DNA of 64,000 nucleotides from Caecitellus pseudoparvulus. Lineage: Eukaryota > Protista > Bigyra: Bicosoecida. A model generated the notes under the pieces. It saw nothing but the letters and a program-made list of their open reading frames with translations, had not been told where the DNA came from and searched no databases. Positions within the stretch are counted from its first letter, which is position 1. Every line of letters begins with the position of its first letter. Shown here in pieces: positions 56,243 through 64,000 of the stretch. The DNA lies in NCBI GenBank assembly GCA_965644315.1, contig CBFFRQ010000066.1, positions 124,001-188,000 of the forward strand, in the 5' to 3' direction. The translations under genes and the position numbers were made by a program.

Positions 56243-58455
56243 TTACCTTGACCTTCCTCGCGATGCGGATAGGTGAGTTGCCTGGGTCAACACTACGTGA
56301 GGCTTGCGGGCTTTGCGCACCTTGCGATAGGCGTCAAAGTCATCATCCCCCACAACCCTGTCAGAGTCGCTTTCATCCGTATCACTGTCACTTTCTTCAC
56401 CAGGCGGCTTGACGGTGTATGAGCGCCCTCCTCGCGCCCTCGTCTTTACAGCCTCGTGAACAGGCACCAACGCTGATGCCTCGTAATAATCATGGCGAGA
56501 GGGCAGGGGCTGTGCAGGGGGCTCGGCTGGATCATACTTCCCTTCCAGCTTGGACGCTAAAGCAGCCAAACGAGACCCTTGCTCGCCAAACTTGAGCGCT
56601 TTTGCCTGCAACTCAGGCAATTCAGGCGATGTGGGGCTGGACTTCATGATGCGGCGCTGCAAGCGCTGGCCGGCCGCAAGCAGAGCATCGCTCTTTTCCC
56701 TAGCTTCATGTGCAGTGAGGCATCGAAAGCGCACAGCTGGCAACCGCACAGTGCTGGCTCCTGCAAAGGCTGCATGGGAGGCGTCCCTGCTCTCAGCATG
56801 GGTCACAGAGCCGGTCACTGCGCCAAAGAACTCTTTCCAAGAGAGCCTACCATCCCCGTCACTGTCGTGCTGGGCCAAGAGCAGCTGCACGACAGTGGCG
56901 GCAGCTGCACCAGCATCTGGGCCATCCAGCACCACGCCGTGCTCGCCCAGGCGCCCAAGCACTTGCAGAAGCTCTTCTGGGGACAGCTTACCATCCCCGT
57001 TTGTATCACTGTCCTCAAACAAGCGGCGTAAGTGGTACTGCTCCCAAGGACCCAAAGCTTGGGCCCCTGGAGCGGCGTACTGGGCGCCGCTGGCATGAGT
57101 GGCACCACCTGCAGCAATGGAAGCTGCTCGAGAGTCCCGCAGGCGAGCGGCAACTGCAGGCGTGGGCTTGAACTCCATAGCAACTGGGGCATACGTCACA
57201 TCTGGTCTGGTGGCCAGTTCTCGCATGGACTGCGTCAGCGGTTTCTGGCTCGCTTCAGTGACAAGCCCCCACCCAGCCCGGGACAGGGCAGTGGTGTCCG
57301 CTGCATGCACCCCTCGCTGCGCCATGGAGGCACCCACTGCAGCTGCTACCACGCCAGTGTCCGCGTCAGACAGCGTGCTTGTCAAGGCTGAGATAGGGTC
57401 CATATCTCTGACAGCCTGTGAAGACCGAGCAGCTAAGCTGCCGGACAAAAATAGCTCTTCCACGGCGGCTTCTTCGCGTGCCTTGGCGCGCTTGCGAATC
57501 TGCCTCGCCTCGGCATCCAAGAGCTGCGAAATCTTGCTACGTTCGGCCCTTGCAGTAGACTTGGCTGCCTCGCCACGGCGCCTACTTGCCATTGGCACCC
57601 CTAGCGGCCCTGAGGGGGCCTTCAGTGTCTGTGCCACTCTCTTTGCCTGGCCCCTGGCTCTCTTGCCAAACTTCGCCTTAGCAGCTGCCACTTCAGAGGG
57701 CTTTACAACATGCCTGTCGAAGACCTCCAGGCCAGGGCACGCAGCCAGCACTCTTTGCTTATAGTGCAGCTCTTGGGCGCAGGGGTTGTCGTGCAGCTCT
57801 GCGAGGGGCGTGTGCTGGCGTGGGCTGCGTGCCAGGCAAGCCAAACTGAGCAGGGCACCACCCACCCAGCTCTTTCAAGAAGCGGAGCTTGCTGAGGATA
57901 GCCAGCACAGAGTCAAGACCAGCCAGCCTGTTATATGCAATGACAAGTGTGCTCAGGAATCGGAAGTTGGGCAGGCTGCCCTCCAGGGAACTGGGGTGAA
58001 GGAGGATGGCACTCATGGTGAAAATTCTTCGCCGACCAATTTCCGCACCACACACCTGATCGAATTGTTGTGAACGTAGAGCTCCTTGAGTCGGACACAG
58101 GCGTCCAAACCTGAGATATCCACTATCTGCGGTCGTGCATTCCGTCGCTTGCAGCTTCATACATGCACGCGCCGGGAAGCGCCCAGCAGAAGGCAGCGGC
58201 AGTGTCATCGCGTTGCGACGGCGACACCTGCACTGCCTGACGTACAGCGTTGTTGTTCAGCCACAGCACTTCCAAGTTGACGAAACGATCGAAACCCCAG
58301 AGCACATCGATGCCTTTGTGCCCCATGTACAGCTCCTTACAGTTGCGAATGGCAGCGGCAGTGATGCCGCCTGGCAACTCCTCAGCGGGCTTGCTTGGTG
58401 TGAGGTGTTGCAGGTCAGGAGGCACCGCAGTTACCTCAGTCACTAGAGAGGCCAT
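56243..58455 (-). CDS. SDS22/LRRC72-like leucine-rich-repeat protein with a C-terminal EF-hand pair, about 3 introns
   Basis: ELYMGHKGI, FVNLEVLWLNNN, LKELYVHNNSI, L.IAYNRL, LRRcap NPCAQELHYKQRVL..CPGLEVFD. EF loops DTNGDGKLSPEE and DSDGDGRLSWKE. Confidence 0.82.
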
Positions 58456-58589
58456 GACGATAAGCGATCTCACACCTAGGCAGCGTCAGGAGGTTTGGGC
58501 ATTGCATGCCTGGGGGCCTCACACTGGCATTGTGAATTGCCGGCCGAGTTGCAAAGCAGGGTGCAAGGCCCATGGTGCTGCGCAGATGA

Positions 58590-59787
58590 CTATGCCTCAG
58601 CTGTCGGGGACGACGCAGCAGCGGCGGCTACAGTCGTGCCTGTTGCAGCGGCCGGCAATGTAGCATGGGTGCCATCCTGGAGGACATCCTTCAGCACGAT
58701 GCCGATGGGGACGTGGTCACTGTGCGGGGCGTGCCCTCTGACGAACGTGTCCACGACGCTCGGCATGAGGCTCCGTGACACCACCGTGTAGTCAAGACGC
58801 CAGCCATTGTTGCGCGCCCGGCTGTTCCCAAACGACGTAAAGAATGTGTACTGTCGAAGCTTTGGGTGAGCGTGGCGCCAGGCATCGACCATTTCCAAAG
58901 ATGCCAAGCTTTCCTTGAAGCTATCTCGTTCCCGGTACGTAAAGCCCGGCGACTTGTCGGCCTTGGTTGATGGGGTGTAGATGTCCATGTCATGATTCGC
59001 AACATTCAGGTCGCCCAGCCACACGACCGGCTTGCGCTGCTGCAGGCCATGCAGGTACGCCTTCATCGCCACGTCCCAACTCTGCACTCTGTAGTCCAAG
59101 CGGGCCAGCTTCATGCCGCTGTTAGGAACGTAGGTGTTCACAATGAAGCACCCCGGCAGCTCAATTGTGATTGCTCTGCCCTCAGCGTCGCATTCGCCGA
59201 TACCGATGGTCACAGAGAGCGGCTTGAGACCAGCCTTCGTTGCTACAGCGACGCCTGAGTAGCCACGGCGGGCGGGTGGCCCAGATGTTGCAAACCAAGA
59301 ATTAGGATAGCCCATCTTCTTCAAGGCCTCCCTCACTTCAGGCACATGCACGTCTTGGATCTTCGTCTCTTGAAAGCAAACCACGTCAGCTTGCTCAGCT
59401 GCCAGCACTGCTTGCATGTCTTTGGCCTTGTCTGGTTTTCCGAATTTGCTGCGCCAACCATCGACATTCCATGAGAGCACTCGAACGTGCCCTACAATTC
59501 TCTCAGACTTTTCTGCAGCTTCCACAGCTTTGGCCACATCAGCGACGCAGTGCCCTGCGAGGCGAGCGAGTGAAACGTCAGTGAAACCCTTCGAGCAGAA
59601 CCGCGTGCGAAGCCCCGCACTTCCCGGGCGTACCTGGCACAAGGTCATCAGTCACTGTTCCATCAGGTTGGTAGCGTTTCTTCTTCGCTTTCTTTGCCTC
59701 ACGGGCAGGGCTGCCACCAGGTGATTTGGGACGCTTGTGGCCCCCAACACTTGAAGGTGAAGCAACTGCAGGGCTTTCCGCAGACAT
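58590..59787 (-). CDS. AP endonuclease / exodeoxyribonuclease III (APE1/Xth family); intron 59555-59633
   Basis: SWNVDG, CFQETK, GYSGVA, EGR.IT, YVPNSG, GDLNVA, GWRLDY and SDHVPI. Basic NLS-like N-terminus (KRPK..KKAKKKR). Confidence 0.94.
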
Positions 59788-60517
59788 GTTGGCGCACTTG
59801 CAGCGCCCCTGCAGGAAAACAGGGTACTGACGAACATGTACTTGTGCTGCACACTCACATAATCGCAAAGGCAGGCAGGCCACACTCACCCAGACACAAA
59901 ATCAGCGAGCGCGACCCACGCTGCGGAGCAGGCGGAGACAGGCGTGGCTGGCAAGGCTGGAACAACCGCAAACGTAGGCAAAGTCTGCGAAGTGGGAAGG
60001 CGCCAGCTGACCGTGCTGCTATCCTGTCGTAGACTTGCTTAATGCGGGAATGTGGCTGAACTGAAGCGCGTGTCTACTATCTGCCTTTCACTTGCAGCAG
60101 TCGCTCCGGGGATTTGCTGCGCAACCGAACCAACGTCTGGTCGGGATTGAGGATGTATGGGGGTCGGGTATGCCCCTGGGGCCGCTTCTGCCGGCCCTGG
60201 CACGCGAGTGGTGCCAGAGCCAACTCAGACTTTGCAGGCCAAACAGGCAGAACCCCATCATGCGTGCAGGGGGGGGCAGAAGGGGCACCAATCAAAATTC
60301 CCAAACTCAACTCACGCTGTTGAAATCTTTGGTGCACCAGCCTTTCAAGCCAGCTTCTTCGTCTCGGAGCTGAGACAAGTGCTGTGCCACCGTACGTGCG
60401 GAAATTGCCTTCTGCAGGTGTTCCGAGCCCTCGCCACGAGCACACCCCTCACCTGACCACTGCGGGAATGGCTCAATCAGGTGAGACGCCTCTGTGCCTT
60501 TGCGTGTTTGCGGCACA

Positions 60518-62037
60518 ATGTCACTGCTCGCTGACCCGCTGCGACCGGTCACAGACTTGGCGGCTCTGACTGCCGCGCTGCAGCCCACCGAGCAGACACC
60601 CGAAGACAAGGCCAGCGCATTCAAAGGCAAGAAGCTCTCTGCTTTGGAGACCCTTCGAGCCGCAGCTGGAGCTGAGACTGATGCCGCTGAAAAGGCCATG
60701 CTGACATCCCTGGCAGGTGTGCAGGAGGATATCCAGGGTATCGTGGACGAGTACATGGCTCAGCGCCGTGAGATGCAAGATGCTTTTCTGACAAAGCTCA
60801 TGGGCGCCTACAGCAAGCGGCGCGCATTGGTGACTGGCACTTCCCAGGGTACAGCAGTCCCTCCTGCAGGCAGCTCTGCCCCTGCTGAAGCCGCGGGCTC
60901 GGAAGCTGGTGAAGGCATTCGCAACTTCTGGTTGACTGTGCTGGAGAACTGTGGCGCCACGCGGTCCATGCTAGAGGACCATGACAAGCCTATCCTGGAG
61001 CACTTGATCGATGTGGAGTGGCGTGTAGTGCCTGATGGTGACGTGAGTGGTTTAGGGCTGCTGCCCGCACGCTACAGTCTGTGATGCGCATTTTATCTAC
61101 ATTGTCTGACCCCCGTGACGTCACTTTCATTTGCCCTGAGACTGGTAGCTTCTGCACGTGTTTGTGCATGTGCATGACCGCCATAGCCCTACGTTGTATG
61201 CCATGCACCCATGCCTCCCTGCTTGTGACACAGGGCTTCGAGCTGCTCTTCCACTTCAGCAAGAACCCTTACTTCAGCAACACCGTGCTGAGCAAAGTGT
61301 ACCCCATCAAGCGCATGCTGGACCCCTTCAACAACTATGACTTCCTCTGGCGAGACGTGAAGGGCACGAAGATCGAGTGGGCAGAAGGCAAGAATGTGAC
61401 TGTTGAGGACGCTGGCCCTGGGGCTGCTGGGGGCGACAGCGACGACGAAGAGGCCCCGGTGCCTTCCTTCTTCCACTTTTTCAACTGCGAAGATGTGGAT
61501 GAGGAGGAGTTGAAGGGCATGAGCGAGCAGGAAAAGGCCATGTACGAGCGTGAAGTGAACCAAGATTTCATGCTTGGCGCAGCCTTCAAGGATACGGTCA
61601 TTCCGTACGCCGAGAAGCTGTACGTTGGCAACCTCACTGGTGTCGACTCGGACTTCGAAGCCGACGAGGAAGACGACGATGACTGGATGCAAGGCATGGT
61701 GGGTGGGGAGGATGGGACCATGGAGATGACTCCCGAGCTGCTGCAGGCTCTCATGGCGGGAGGCGGCCTGCAGGGCATGATGGGTGGCGAAGGCGATGAT
61801 GACAGTGACGAGGATGACATTAAGGTTCGTGGCAACAAGAGCAAGGGTCGGAAGACCCGACAGGCATTGGACGAGGAAGATGAAGATGATGGTGATGATG
61901 AGGAGGCGTCAGCTGCCATCCGGGCCGCCATCTCGAGTGCCTTGCAAGGCAACCCGCAGAGTGGCCCAGTCGGGGACTCCCTGAACGGGCAGCAAGGCCA
62001 GGACGGGGATGCTCCAGGTGACTGCAAGCAGCAGTAG
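60518..62037 (+). CDS. NAP1: Nucleosome assembly protein 1 family histone chaperone; intron 61043-61233
   Basis: Y.KRRALVTG, GIRNFWLTVLEN, D.PILEHLIDV, GFELLFHFSKNPYFSNTVLSKVY, GTKIEW.EGKNVT, SFFHFF, acidic tail, and C-terminal CKQQ prenylation motif as in animal and plant NAP1. Confidence 0.94.
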
Positions 62038-62340
62038 CATGCCCTGCTGTTTGTGTGGATTGATGCAATGTACTCTGCCTGCTGCGTGTAATGGCGTCCC
62101 CTGCCGGCACAGTCAAACCCCGCGTGCTGCCAATTCACAGAGTGTGTGGGAAGGAAGTGAAACGCCAGCCTCTGGGAGCCTCGTGCTTGGCTCCGCCCGG
62201 TGACAACAAGGACTTCCCACCTTGCCCTCCACTGCTATTTTGCGTTCAGAGGGCGCCAAGCCGTGGGCTGCCTGGTGTGCCGAGCTCTCCTGCCAACAGG
62301 CGACGCCAGAAGCCAGCACCTTTTCCACACACCTCACACG

Positions 62341-63877
62341 ATGAAACGCACACTGTTTGCGGCCGCTATTGCCTTGGCACTTTGCTGGACGCATGTGCAT
62401 AGTGCCGAGGCATCCCCAAAGAAGGCTGCAAAGAAGCTGCTGGGAGCTGGAGATCGCCTGCTCCGCTCCAAGCAGTACAAGCAGGTGAGCGTGGACACAC
62501 GTGTCTGCTGCGGACCAGCTGGCGTGCAACGGCCTCGGCACAAGGATACAAGCCACCCCGCAGGCGATTGCCGAGTACACGAAAGCCATAGAGCTTGACC
62601 CCACAGCCCGGACTTTCTATCAACGTGCGAAGGCATACCAGAAGCTTCAGCAGCCGTCCCACGCTGTAGCTGACTTGACAGCTTCCATCGCTGCTGACGG
62701 GAAGTTCCTCACAGCACGCCTGCAGCGCGCCAACATAAACTTGGAGGATGGCGCATGTGGCGATGCCGCACAAGACTATGCTGCTGTTCTGCGTTTGGAC
62801 CCGAAGAAGCGTGACGCGGTCACCCGCCTGCCGCTCGCGCAACGCTGCCAAGCTGCCCAGGCCCGCGCAGAAGCAGCCATGCGCAGCAACGACTGGCACA
62901 GCGCCCGCAGCGCGCTGGATGAAGCAATGGGGGATGGCATGGCGACACGCAGCGACCGCCTTGCCCGCATGAAGGCTGAGTGCGACCTCATGCTGGGGGA
63001 CTTCGAGCAGGCGCTGGCAGCAACAGGGCGCATCCTGAAGCACAACAAGAACGACCTGGATGCCTTCCATATCCGGGCCCTGGCTTTCTACTTGTCCGGT
63101 GAACATGCCCATGCCAAGACGCATTGCCAGCAAGCGCTGAAAGTTGACCCGGAGCATGCCCGGCTCAAGTCCCTGTATCACCGCATCAAGAAGGTGGTGA
63201 AGCTCCAAGACGCAGTTGCTGACGCCCGCGCGAGTGGGGATGCAAGTGCCGTCGTTGCCGCGCTGGAAGTCCTCGAAAGTGCCGATAGCAGGCACTCCAA
63301 GCTCCGACATGAGACGGCCATGGAGCTTGCAGAGGCCTACATCTCTGCAGGGGATGCCGATGCAGCTGTGCTGGCTGCTCGCCGTGCGTTAGCATTCAAT
63401 GATGGCCTCGCCAAGGCGCACGCTGTAATGGGCAAGGCGCTCGCGGCTCAGCAAAAGTGGGAAGACAGCGTCCGGGAGTGGCAGCGGGCTGTCCAGCTGG
63501 AGAACAACAACCAAGCATGGCGAGAAGGCCTCGCAAAGGCAGAGACTGCGCTGAAGCAGAGCAAGTCCAAGAACTACTACAAAGTGCTTGGCATTGCAAG
63601 GAACGCCAACGCGCGTGAAATCAAACGCGCGTATCGCAAACTGGCGCTTGAATACCACCCTGACAAGGTTGCTGAGGGAGACCGAGAAGAGGCCGAGACA
63701 AAGTTCCAGGAAATCGCCGAGGCATATGAGGTCCTCTCTGACGATGAGCTCCGTGCCAAGTACGATCGGGGTGAGGACGTGTCCAGCCAAGGCCAGCAGC
63801 AGCAGCAGCAGCGGGGGTTTCCACAGCACATGTTTCGGGCAGGAGGAGGGCGCACTTTCTCATTCCGCTTCGGGTGA
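62341..63877 (+). CDS. DNAJC3: ER co-chaperone DNAJC3/P58IPK-like (signal peptide, TPRs, J-domain); intron 62485-62563
   Basis: Leader [22 protein letters not shown] and multiple TPRs. J-domain [47 protein letters not shown], with a G/F-rich tail. Confidence 0.9.
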
Positions 63878-64000
63878 CAATTCACACGCACACTCTCAGC
63901 CCGCCTCCCTTGCACGTCAGACCATGCCTTGGCAGCGCGCCGCCGCCCTGCACAACCACGAGCGACCCCGCCAACACAATTCCGCAAGACACTCGCAGAC

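Noticed and set aside
60029-60077. GTAGAC...GTCTAC terminal stem enclosing CTGA motifs as a C/D snoRNA
   Set aside because: No recognisable C box (RTGATGA) and only a 6-bp stem.
63794-63811. (CAG)6 microsatellite
   Set aside because: A short poly-Gln run in the DNAJC3 tail; unremarkable.

Overview
This is gene-dense, GC-rich (roughly 60% in coding DNA) nuclear DNA from a eukaryotic microbe, with short GT-AG spliceosomal introns. That it is a flagellated heterotrophic protist, possibly a stramenopile, is inference only. About 21 protein-coding genes can be supported: bacterial-type TyrRS (truncated by the window edge), Kelch-BTB, a secreted PhyH-like protein, SDR, purple acid phosphatase, EDR2-C/DUF1336, ACMSD, a disordered protein with p97-binding motifs, proteasome alpha7, an FHA protein, a ~6,170-aa single-pass Cys-repeat receptor-like protein, NDC80, CIA2B/MIP18, an SHPRH-like SNF2-RING enzyme, a polycystin-2-type channel, an atypical cytochrome P450, a NEK-like kinase, an LRR+EF-hand protein, an APE1/ExoIII, NAP1 and DNAJC3. 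No RNA genes, CRISPR arrays or intact mobile elements were recognised. The most notable observations are: (1) the giant receptor-like protein, with a repetitive cytoplasmic tail and a pseudo-zincin motif, lying near a PKD2-type channel; (2) a ~3-kb lower-GC island with no recognisable ORF and a strand-skew switch, a candidate centromere or origin; (3) all four convergent gene pairs abut within 20 nt or overlap, and AATGCA recurs just downstream of stop codons as a candidate non-canonical 3'-end signal; (4) a P450 lacking the I-helix acid-alcohol pair. Exon boundaries and base counts were read by hand.
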